A stretch of 30,068 bases of DNA, from positions 1 to 30,068 of IMG/VR virus record IMGVR_UViG_3300017785_008782. The stretch is one strand, 5' to 3'. Numbering within the stretch: position 1 is the stretch's first letter; every line of letters begins with the position of its first letter. The position numbers and the translations under genes are program-made. Origin of the DNA: a virus. Taxonomy: Duplodnaviria; Caudoviricetes. The notes beneath the pieces were generated by a model. That model made no database searches. It worked only from the letters and a program-made list of their open reading frames with translations, and had not been told where the DNA came from. This document shows, piece after piece, positions 1 to 7,345 of the stretch.

Positions 1-266
1 CCTGCTGCATGTAAACCCATCGCCGCAAGATTAGGAATATCTAAAATACCGGCAATTCCTGTAGCTAATCCTCTTCCTGTTCTTCCAACTTGGCGGACGG
101 CTTCTTCTCCGTATTCTTTTAATGATCTGGGAAGTTCACCGCGCCTTTCGAGTTCAGCTAAAGCTTGTTCCTTAGTGATGGAGGTTTCAGGTGCCACTTC
201 TTGAGGTGCGTCATCATATTCACCACGTCTTTTAAGTTCAGCTAAAGCTTGTTCTTTGGTAATCAT
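1..266 (-). CDS. Putative ejection/internal virion protein, N-terminal part only (runs off window start); absent from ORF track
   Basis: ATG at 266-264 overlaps the TGA of the 829-aa gene (ATGA). Manual translation is open to base 1: MITKEQALAELKRRGEYDDAPQEVAPETSITKEQALAELERRGELPRSLKEYGEEAVRQVGRTGRGLATGIAGILDIPNLAAMGLHAA. It follows three other ejection-like genes. Confidence 0.75.
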   Translation of the reverse strand, partial: MITKEQALAELKRRGEYDDAPQEVAPETSITKEQALAELERRGELPRSLKEYGEEAVRQVGRTGRGLATGIAGILDIPNLAAMGLHAA

Positions 267-2752
267 TCTAAACCTGCAATTTTTCTCAATTCAGCAGAAC
301 TTTTTTGTGAAATGTCCGTTGATTCAGATGTTTTATCTTCTGTAGGTTTTCCATCTTTTCTTTTATCAGCAGAACTTTTAACAAATTCACTTAACGCACT
401 TGTAGGGGCAATACCTTTTTCTAATCCTTCATTTACATAAAATGCTTTTTGTTGTTCCTGCTCAATCATGTGACGAAGATTTGAATTGATATTTTTTATA
501 GCTTCTTTAGACATTCCTCGATGAGGTTTGGCTTTGCGCAAATATTCCACCACTCTTGCGCCTGCTTTTGAGCCAAAGGCTAAAGCTGATTTATTGGCAA
601 AATCATCATAAATTTTATCAAATTCATCATAATCTGCTTGTTCACCTTTACTGATCATTCCTTGAATATAGGGAGATTTTGTTAAAGCATTTTGAGCGCT
701 CCAATCCCCTGTGTCTATTTTTTCAAGCAATCCATCTGCTTTATCTAATTCTGTCAAAAGATCTTCAGATCCGCTTAATGCTTTATTTGCATCTTTTAAT
801 ATCTGTTGATCTGCTTGATTAAGCTTTAATTTAGATTTTTGTTCACGCCCAATCTCTTCCATCGTTTTATGATGACGAGATGTTTCGCCAAGCGTTGCAT
901 AATGCTGAGATTCATCGGACTTTAATTTTCGATTCTTATAATCCATTTCAGCCAAAAATTCTTGCTGTTTAATTCGTGATGCATGAATCTGTTGCATTAA
1001 ATTTAGACCGCGCACTTTATTAACTTCTTGAGATTTTGCGCGTTGTTCATAACTATCGACCAATGAGCCCGCAATAGGGGTCATCCCTGTATAACGCTGA
1101 GCCATTGCATCTGTCATTTTTGCAAGAGCTGATGCCATAGGATTAACTTCTTGAACTTTCGTTCCAGCCATTTGTTGAGCTTCTTCTTCTAACATTTGAC
1201 GATATTGATCATCAGGAATACCAGGAAGCGCTATTCCACCATCAGCAAACTTTTGTACTAATCCTCCTGCTTTCCTCCCCTGATATCCCATGGCTGGCAT
1301 CATCATGGCTGTTGCAAGATTCCCCAATCCATACCCACCTATTGCTGAATAATTTGGTTGTTGTTGTTGAACAAACGTATCGGTCATAGTTTGATTGGGT
1401 ATATTTTGAGCGGCTTGATAGGCTTGTAAAATATTTTCAACCGGACGATTTTGTTGTTTTTGAAATTCTTTTTGCATTTCAAGCAATCTATTTTCTTCTG
1501 CTTGTTGTTTTTCCTGACCTATACGCGCAAGAGCTTCTAAACCGCCAAACTCTTCTGCTGCTTGTGCTTTTTCAATATTTGCTAATCCTTGAGCTGCTCC
1601 CACTTGAGTTTCAATGCCTTTGTTCAAAGCTTCTGAACCTAATTGTCCAGAGAATAACCCGCGCTTTTGTTGTTCGCCTGCTTCTGCAAGTCCCGCTTTA
1701 GTGTTGTCTGCTTCCATCTTCATTAAGGTATTGAAAGCATCTTTATGCATATTTCGTAATAAAGATTGTTGGTGTGTGCCTCGTTGTGGACTATTCCAAG
1801 CCCCACTCATAAACCCTAAGTTTCCTTTAGGTAGAATATTGGTAAGATAATTCTCTGTGAGTTCATTTAAAATGGCTGAACCAGCTTTTTCATTCCTGTG
1901 CGATAAATAATCACTAATTTGGCTAGCGTCTGGTAAAGTGCTTTCTCCGCCTGCTTCTAACTTATTTAAAAACGCATTGCGCCTACCAGAGGGTCCTTGC
2001 AATACATCTCTGATAGCATCTTTAGAAATATCATAATCGTCTTTAACTGCTTGCTGAACCAAAGGATCACTCATAGATTCACTTGCAAGAAATTCAGAAC
2101 CTAAACTTTCGCTGGGAAAATCGATTATTTCAGGGATTTCTTGAGAAAATGCACTGCTAGCGTTTTCGTAATCTTGTAAATATTGTCTTTTTTTCTCTAA
2201 TGATTCTCTCAACGCCTGCTGTTTACCAGGCATCTCTTGCTTAAGTTGCTCTGCAAGTTTTATTCGATCATTTATTAGATTGGGGTTGTATTTATTCAGT
2301 GAATCGTGTGCAAGTTGATGTAATTTTGCTTGATAATTAAGCTCTTGTTCATCCGCCGCAATTCCTTCTCTGATAGATTGAATATTTCTATCATTAGAAA
2401 GCAGTTCTCTTACTTTTTGAGTTTGCCCTTTTAATCCTTCAATATAGGGCCTAAATCTTTCATCTACATCTGCATATACCTTATTTGCTAATTCTTTTTC
2501 CGCATTTCTGTTGATTTTTAGGCGTTTTAATAAACGATCTTCTACTAAGTTTCTTTCTCTATTTGGTAAAAGATTTCCTTTTTTATCTACCGGATAACGA
2601 GAAGGTAATGGAGTATATTCATCTTTTTGAGCTTTGATTAAAGCATCCAATAAATCATGAATTAACTGATTTTGCCAACCTGTTCTTCCTTGCGCTGTCA
2701 GAGCCGCTTTATCTCCTTCAGCGGTTGGTTGAATTGTAATATTACGAGGCAT
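263..2752 (-). CDS. Putative DNA ejection/internal core protein (829 aa, helical, Q/A/E/K-rich)
   Basis: Long ORF with AGGAG upstream, coiled-coil-like composition, a central Gly/hydrophobic stretch followed by RKAGG and FADGG. Its position after the tail nozzle gene is where podoviruses encode ejection proteins. Confidence 0.65.
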   Translation of the reverse strand: MPRNITIQPTAEGDKAALTAQGRTGWQNQLIHDLLDALIKAQKDEYTPLPSRYPVDKKGNLLPNRERNLVEDRLLKRLKINRNAEKELANKVYADVDERFRPYIEGLKGQTQKVRELLSNDRNIQSIREGIAADEQELNYQAKLHQLAHDSLNKYNPNLINDRIKLAEQLKQEMPGKQQALRESLEKKRQYLQDYENASSAFSQEIPEIIDFPSESLGSEFLASESMSDPLVQQAVKDDYDISKDAIRDVLQGPSGRRNAFLNKLEAGGESTLPDASQISDYLSHRNEKAGSAILNELTENYLTNILPKGNLGFMSGAWNSPQRGTHQQSLLRNMHKDAFNTLMKMEADNTKAGLAEAGEQQKRGLFSGQLGSEALNKGIETQVGAAQGLANIEKAQAAEEFGGLEALARIGQEKQQAEENRLLEMQKEFQKQQNRPVENILQAYQAAQNIPNQTMTDTFVQQQQPNYSAIGGYGLGNLATAMMMPAMGYQGRKAGGLVQKFADGGIALPGIPDDQYRQMLEEEAQQMAGTKVQEVNPMASALAKMTDAMAQRYTGMTPIAGSLVDSYEQRAKSQEVNKVRGLNLMQQIHASRIKQQEFLAEMDYKNRKLKSDESQHYATLGETSRHHKTMEEIGREQKSKLKLNQADQQILKDANKALSGSEDLLTELDKADGLLEKIDTGDWSAQNALTKSPYIQGMISKGEQADYDEFDKIYDDFANKSALAFGSKAGARVVEYLRKAKPHRGMSKEAIKNINSNLRHMIEQEQQKAFYVNEGLEKGIAPTSALSEFVKSSADKRKDGKPTEDKTSESTDISQKSSAELRKIAGLE

Positions 2753-2763
2753 CTAAATTCTCC

Positions 2764-4479
2764 TTACGTCATCTTCATGTATTCAATTGGGTGATGGGCT
2801 TTAGGCGGCAACCCTAATCCATTACTATTTTTATGACTGCGAATTTTTTTGACCATGTTTTCAAAGATTTTAGCGCCTTTGTCTGTGCTACCGCCGCCAG
2901 CTAACGCCACCGTTAAAGGATCAAACTTAAATTCCTCATTAGCTAAATAAACTGGCATTGGCTTTGAGTCTTTTTTAATAAAATTAGCCACGTTTTTAAT
3001 CAAATGGTCTGGAGCTTTCTTTTTTATGTGCTTTTCAAGTTCTTTTAAAACTTTAATTCCTGAAGAACTTGAACCGTCTCCCAAATCAGCAGTAGAACTT
3101 GCATCAATGATGTAAGAGCCAGAGGGAATCTTGGTCCGAATTTTGTCATCTTGACCGTTTCCGGGGCCATAAATGCCTGTGCTTTTTGTAAAAGAACCTA
3201 ATTCTTTATGGTTTGCTTTTTTTACCAATCCGCCTTTTCTAAACGTTAATTCGTCTGCCGGTGCTTCTATATAAGGCGGTTCTTCACCTCCATATACATA
3301 ATTAGGATTGCGGATAAATTTTCTGCCAGGTTGATTTATATCAATTTTGGGTAAATTCATGCCCAATTGATCTTGCATCCGTGCATTGCGTCTTTCTAAT
3401 TCTTCCGCAAATTTATTTTGTTCTTTCATCCGTTGTTTTTCAGCAAGCATGTTTAGGCCTGTCATTCCCAACATTAAAGTGGTTGGATTAGACGCAATAC
3501 TTCCTAATGAGCTAAACAATCCAGAACCGCCTGAACTTCCTGCGCCCACTCCTAATGCTTTATTAGCAACTGCTTGGCCCGCTTGACCGGCACTAGATAA
3601 TCCTGATGCGCTGGTAGACATTAATTGTCCGGCTCGATCATAAACAGGTGCACCTGCACCAAATCCGCCTGAACCTCCTAAAAGGGTTCCCAGAGCATTT
3701 TGTCCTCCAAAAAATCCGCTTGTGTAAGGTGTTGCCCCACTTAATCCAGCTGCTTGACCTAATCCTTGTGCTCCATAAGCCAAAGCCCCTGTTTCAAACC
3801 CTCTTCCTAAAGATTTCCCCCAACTAGCGCCCGTAACTTTGTGTGCTAAAGCATTTCCTATGCCAGCGCCCATTGGCCCACCTAACATGGCGCCTCCTAT
3901 GGTTCCAGCAATACGAACGCCTTCAGGACCAAATAATTTTTTAACGCCATGAGTAACCGCTTTAACTGGGTTTGAAACAAAGCGTGAGACCATTTTTCCA
4001 ATGTTTTTAAAAAAACCAAATTCTAGTAATCCAGTCTCAGAATTTAATGAATATTCTCCATTATTCATTTCAATTAAAAATGCTGCTAAATTTTTTGGCA
4101 GCAATACCATCTGCGTATCGCCGTCCTCTCCCATCTCAGCTAACGTGCTTTGAGGGGGTTCTTTTTGTGCAGGTGCTTCTCTAAAAGGCAACGATTGCTC
4201 TTTAGATATTTCATAAGCTTCATGAACTTTAGGTGATAATTTCCCATCATCAGATAGATCAGATTTAACAAGCCTGAATATTTCTTGAACTTCAGGATCT
4301 TCAATAATCGTGCCTAATTTTGAATATTCTCTATACCCTGTATCATCATCAATAGAAGGACCCCCTTGTAAGTTATCTAATCCTTCACATTCGCCTTTGG
4401 TCATATGACACAAAAGCATATCAACGCCGGGAACTTCTGTAGGACTCTCTACTCCGTTATCAATAAATTTCTCTTCCAT
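2764..4479 (-). CDS. Putative ejection protein with glycine-zipper membrane segment (571 aa)
   Basis: Two N-terminal modules ending DTGYREY and ETGLLEF, amphipathic GFFKNIGKMVSRFV, glycine zipper (AGTIGGAMLGGPMGAGIG), FRKGG, and a C-terminal GPGNGQDDKI domain. Confidence 0.65.
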   Translation of the reverse strand: MEEKFIDNGVESPTEVPGVDMLLCHMTKGECEGLDNLQGGPSIDDDTGYREYSKLGTIIEDPEVQEIFRLVKSDLSDDGKLSPKVHEAYEISKEQSLPFREAPAQKEPPQSTLAEMGEDGDTQMVLLPKNLAAFLIEMNNGEYSLNSETGLLEFGFFKNIGKMVSRFVSNPVKAVTHGVKKLFGPEGVRIAGTIGGAMLGGPMGAGIGNALAHKVTGASWGKSLGRGFETGALAYGAQGLGQAAGLSGATPYTSGFFGGQNALGTLLGGSGGFGAGAPVYDRAGQLMSTSASGLSSAGQAGQAVANKALGVGAGSSGGSGLFSSLGSIASNPTTLMLGMTGLNMLAEKQRMKEQNKFAEELERRNARMQDQLGMNLPKIDINQPGRKFIRNPNYVYGGEEPPYIEAPADELTFRKGGLVKKANHKELGSFTKSTGIYGPGNGQDDKIRTKIPSGSYIIDASSTADLGDGSSSSGIKVLKELEKHIKKKAPDHLIKNVANFIKKDSKPMPVYLANEEFKFDPLTVALAGGGSTDKGAKIFENMVKKIRSHKNSNGLGLPPKAHHPIEYMKMT

Positions 4480-4482
4480 ACA

Positions 4483-5118
4483 TCACCCAAAATATGAATA
4501 GGGGTATGAGAATGGCATTCCGCCATATCCTTGATTATTTTGACCACCATAAGGATTCATTGGTTGCTGATACCCTTGATTTGGTTGTTGATAGCTCTGT
4601 TTCAAAGCGCCTAACGTGTCATTAAATTGTTGACGTGTTTGGTTGTATTGATTCATTGCTCCTTGAGCTTGCTGCTGCCCTTGGTTATACATGTTTTGCC
4701 CATATCCTTGGGCTTGATTCATGTAATTTTGGCCCTGGTTATAAAGGCCCTGACCGTAGTCCTGAGCCTGTTGCTGGTACTGATTGGCCATGTTTTGGCC
4801 TTGGTTATATATATTCTGGCCGTAATCCATGCCTTGATTATATAAATCTTGACCATAATCTTGGGCTTGCTGATAAGCATCCTGAGCTTGGCTGCGACCC
4901 TGGTTATACATATCTTGGCCCTGGTTGTATAAATCCTGGCCATAGTCCATAACTTGTTGACGACCTTGGTCATACATATCTCGACCTTGGTTATAAAGGC
5001 CCTGACCGTAGTCCTGAGCCTGTTGCTGGTATTGATTAAAAAGATCTTTCCCTTGTTTCTTATAAGATTGAGCTTGATCTTTATATTGATTGAAAGCCTC
5101 TTTGCCTTGATTAATAAA
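4483..5118 (-). repeat. Coding tandem repeats (YNQG / DYGQ units)
   Basis: Many YNQG/YDQG and DYGQ units in the translation; an exact 44-bp direct repeat at 4736-4779 and 4988-5031. Confidence 0.9.
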
Positions 5119-5949
5119 ATCATTAGCTTCTTGGGGAATCATTCCAGATGCTTGTAATGCATTAAGAATGTTACCGCCATGACCGCCTTTATGGTCTTTT
5201 CCTAATAAAGCAGGCGCTAAGCCTCCCACAGCTGTGCCCAATGCAGTTCCTATGCCCGGCACTACCGATCCTAACGCTCCACCTAACATGGCTCCAATTT
5301 CTGGATTTATTGCGCCGGCAGCTTTTCTACCACCCTTAAGAACCTTTTTTCCTATGCCAAAGGGGTCTAAAACATGCTTAGCGCCTCTGCCTAAGGTTTT
5401 GCCTAAGCCACTAAACATTTTTCCTAATGAAAAATACTCTGGTAAACCATCTTTTGGATTTCGTGTTTTGTGACCTGCTAATGCATCTAATAAACGATTT
5501 GTGCGAGGGCCAATCATGACAATCTCAGTGTCACCATAGCGCCCATTTTTCTTTAATTTTTCTACATGACCGCCTTCTGCATACCCATCTTCTTTGTGCT
5601 CTTTAGCATGCTTCATAATAAGTTTATAAAGATGAGGGTTCTTTAAAATGGCTTCCAAACCAGGATAAGCGCGCTGTTTAGTTTTGCGATGACGCGTAGA
5701 TTTTCCTTGAAGCTTATCCAATACATTCGCTTCTTCTTTGGACATATGCGCATAATTCATTTTTCTGCGCGCAATCTTTCCACCCGTTGCAAAAGATTGC
5801 ATATCATTTTGATTATAAGGATTAGGAACCTTCTGCCATGTCGGAACAGACTGAAATGGTGATTTTGTCTCGCTTTGATCCATGCTTTTTCCTTGAGGAA
5901 GTGTCATGTTTGGCATTGGATCTTGCTGTTGATCTTGATCTGAATACAT
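4483..5949 (-). CDS. Putative ejection protein with glycine zipper and Q/N/G/Y-repeat C-terminus (488 aa)
   Basis: N-terminal modules paralogous to the 571-aa gene (GRYGDTEIVMI...NPKDGLPEYF), FATGG and YAEGG motifs, GAMLGGALGSVVPGIGTALGTAVGG zipper, and DYGQxLYNQG repeats. Confidence 0.65.
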   Translation of the reverse strand: MYSDQDQQQDPMPNMTLPQGKSMDQSETKSPFQSVPTWQKVPNPYNQNDMQSFATGGKIARRKMNYAHMSKEEANVLDKLQGKSTRHRKTKQRAYPGLEAILKNPHLYKLIMKHAKEHKEDGYAEGGHVEKLKKNGRYGDTEIVMIGPRTNRLLDALAGHKTRNPKDGLPEYFSLGKMFSGLGKTLGRGAKHVLDPFGIGKKVLKGGRKAAGAINPEIGAMLGGALGSVVPGIGTALGTAVGGLAPALLGKDHKGGHGGNILNALQASGMIPQEANDFINQGKEAFNQYKDQAQSYKKQGKDLFNQYQQQAQDYGQGLYNQGRDMYDQGRQQVMDYGQDLYNQGQDMYNQGRSQAQDAYQQAQDYGQDLYNQGMDYGQNIYNQGQNMANQYQQQAQDYGQGLYNQGQNYMNQAQGYGQNMYNQGQQQAQGAMNQYNQTRQQFNDTLGALKQSYQQPNQGYQQPMNPYGGQNNQGYGGMPFSYPYSYFG

Positions 5950-6050
5950 AACTAATACTTAAATTATACTGTTTAATTAAGTATACATAATTATTTATGT
6001 TTATTCCAATAATACGGGAAAATGCAGCATTTTGGGGATCAAAAAATCAT

Positions 6051-6079
6051 TTGATCAAATATTGGAATGATCGTATGTT
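6051..6079 (+). promoter_or_regulatory. Putative sigma70 promoter of the par operon, overlapped by TGATC boxes
   Basis: TTGATC (6051-6056), 17-bp spacer, TATGTT (6074-6079). Palindrome ATTTGATCAAAT at 6049-6060 covers the -35. Confidence 0.5.
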
Positions 6080-6114
6080 GGGATAATCATATGAAATTTT
6101 GAAATAATGAAAAA

Positions 6115-6750
6115 ATGATCATTTCCGTACTAAATCAAAAAGGTGGAGTTGGTAAAACTACATTATCCATCCATATAGCGTCTGCTCTAGCATTAATGAA
6201 TAAATCTGTTTTGCTTATTGATGCAGATACCCAAAGAAGCGCCCTAGATTGGGCAGCAACCCGTCAAAAAGACGCCTTGTTTAATGTGGCAGGAATCTCT
6301 TCGGCCAGCATTCACCGAGAAGTAAGGCTTTTTAGACCTCGTTATGATTTTATTATTATTGACGGACCGCCCCGTATTCATGACGTGGCAAGAGCTATTA
6401 TTGCAACGAGCGACCTTATCCTTATCCCCGCTCAACCCTCCCCTTATGATATTTGGGCAGCTGATGAAATTGTAAAACTTATCAAGGAAGTAAAAGAAAC
6501 GTTGCAAGATTTAAAAAAAATAGATGCGGCTTTTGTAATTAATAGGAAAATTAAAAATACTGTTATTTCGCGTGAAGTTTCAGAAGCGCTTAGCAATTAT
6601 GATTTGCCTGTTTTAACATCAACCCTTCATCAGCGTGTTACGTTTGCCGAAACTGCCGCGCAAGGATCAAGTGCTGTAGAAGAAGAACCGACCTCTCCTG
6701 CTGCACAAGAAATTAATGCTCTAATCACAGAAATTTTAAATAGGGTTTAA
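6115..6750 (+). CDS. parA: ParA family partition ATPase (short, type Ib/ParF-like)
   Basis: Deviant Walker A NQKGGVGKTT at the very N-terminus (no HTH), LLIDADTQ, Walker B IIIDGPP, PAQPSPYD; 211 aa. Confidence 0.95.
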   Translation: MIISVLNQKGGVGKTTLSIHIASALALMNKSVLLIDADTQRSALDWAATRQKDALFNVAGISSASIHREVRLFRPRYDFIIIDGPPRIHDVARAIIATSDLILIPAQPSPYDIWAADEIVKLIKEVKETLQDLKKIDAAFVINRKIKNTVISREVSEALSNYDLPVLTSTLHQRVTFAETAAQGSSAVEEEPTSPAAQEINALITEILNRV

Positions 6751-6751
6751 A

Positions 6752-6982
6752 ATGGCAAAAAAAATTGGATTAACATTACGACCATCTTCACCTGGTGCAG
6801 AATCTCAAAAAGAACAAGAAACAGAACAAAAAATAGACGCATGGATAAAAGGAAGTCCTAATAAAAGACTTAATGTAGAAATCCCAAGTTCTCTTCATGA
6901 TCAGCTTAAAATATTAAGCATTAAAAAAGGTATTTTGCTTAAAGATCTTGTAATAGAAACCCTAGTGGAAAAGATCAAATGA
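6752..6982 (+). CDS. Ribbon-helix-helix partition adaptor (ParG-like)
   Basis: 76 aa directly after parA, with a flexible N-terminus then KRLNVEIPSSLHDQLKILSIKKGILLKDLVIETL, an RHH strand-helix-helix pattern. Confidence 0.85.
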   Translation: MAKKIGLTLRPSSPGAESQKEQETEQKIDAWIKGSPNKRLNVEIPSSLHDQLKILSIKKGILLKDLVIETLVEKIK

Positions 6983-7018
6983 TCATAGTTTCATAATATC
7001 AAATGAAACTATGATCAT
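6979..7018. promoter_or_regulatory. Perfect 16-bp inverted repeat (candidate ParG site or terminator between convergent genes)
   Basis: ATGATCATAGTTTCAT (6979-6994), 8-nt spacer, ATGAAACTATGATCAT (7003-7018). Confidence 0.7.
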
Positions 7019-7034
7019 ATGTTGGTTGTCTCAA

Positions 7035-7286
7035 TTAAGGCAATGCTTGAATAATTTGGTAAAAATAGGTAGCCCACTGACGCCAATCCTTATCTTCTGG
7101 GTATTGAATTTCGGATGGAATAGGAATGCCTACTATTTGTGGATTAAGTAAAATAACATGGCGTGCCCACTGACGCCAATCTTTTTCTCCGTTAGAAATG
7201 GGAATCCTCATTGTGGTTAAATCGTTTCGTATATGATTTGACCAATTCTCAAATGGTAAATTAACGGGATTAGTGAGATTCGGCAT
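7035..7286 (-). CDS. Small Trp-rich phage protein (83 aa from ATG 7286)
   Basis: MPNLTNPVNLPFENW... with duplicated KDWRQWA (17-bp DNA repeat at 7072-7088 and 7165-7181). The track's TTG start at 7316 lies inside the tandem repeat. Confidence 0.7.
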   Translation of the reverse strand: MPNLTNPVNLPFENWSNHIRNDLTTMRIPISNGEKDWRQWARHVILLNPQIVGIPIPSEIQYPEDKDWRQWATYFYQIIQALP

Positions 7287-7340
7287 AATTCGGCAAGATT
7301 CGGCAAAGTCCGGCAAGATTCGGCAAAGTCCGGCAACGTC
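7277..7340. repeat. Six tandem 10-bp repeats (CGGCA core)
   Basis: 7281-7340 reads cggcataatt cggcaagatt cggcaaagtc cggcaagatt cggcaaagtc cggcaacgtc. Confidence 0.95.
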
Positions 7341-7345
7341 CCATA

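Noticed and set aside
4004-4017. Slippery run GGT TTT TTT AAA AAC as a programmed frameshift
   Set aside because: Explained by Gly-Phe-Phe-Lys-Asn codons in an AT-rich genome; the ORF is intact and I saw no supporting structure.
4627-5157. Four overlapping alternative-frame ORFs (72, 105, 134, 67 aa)
   Set aside because: They are shadows of the Q/N/G/Y repeat, which lacks stops in other frames; non-ATG starts and no RBS.
7277-7340. Possible CRISPR array
   Set aside because: Contiguous 10-bp units with no spacers, and no cas genes in the window.
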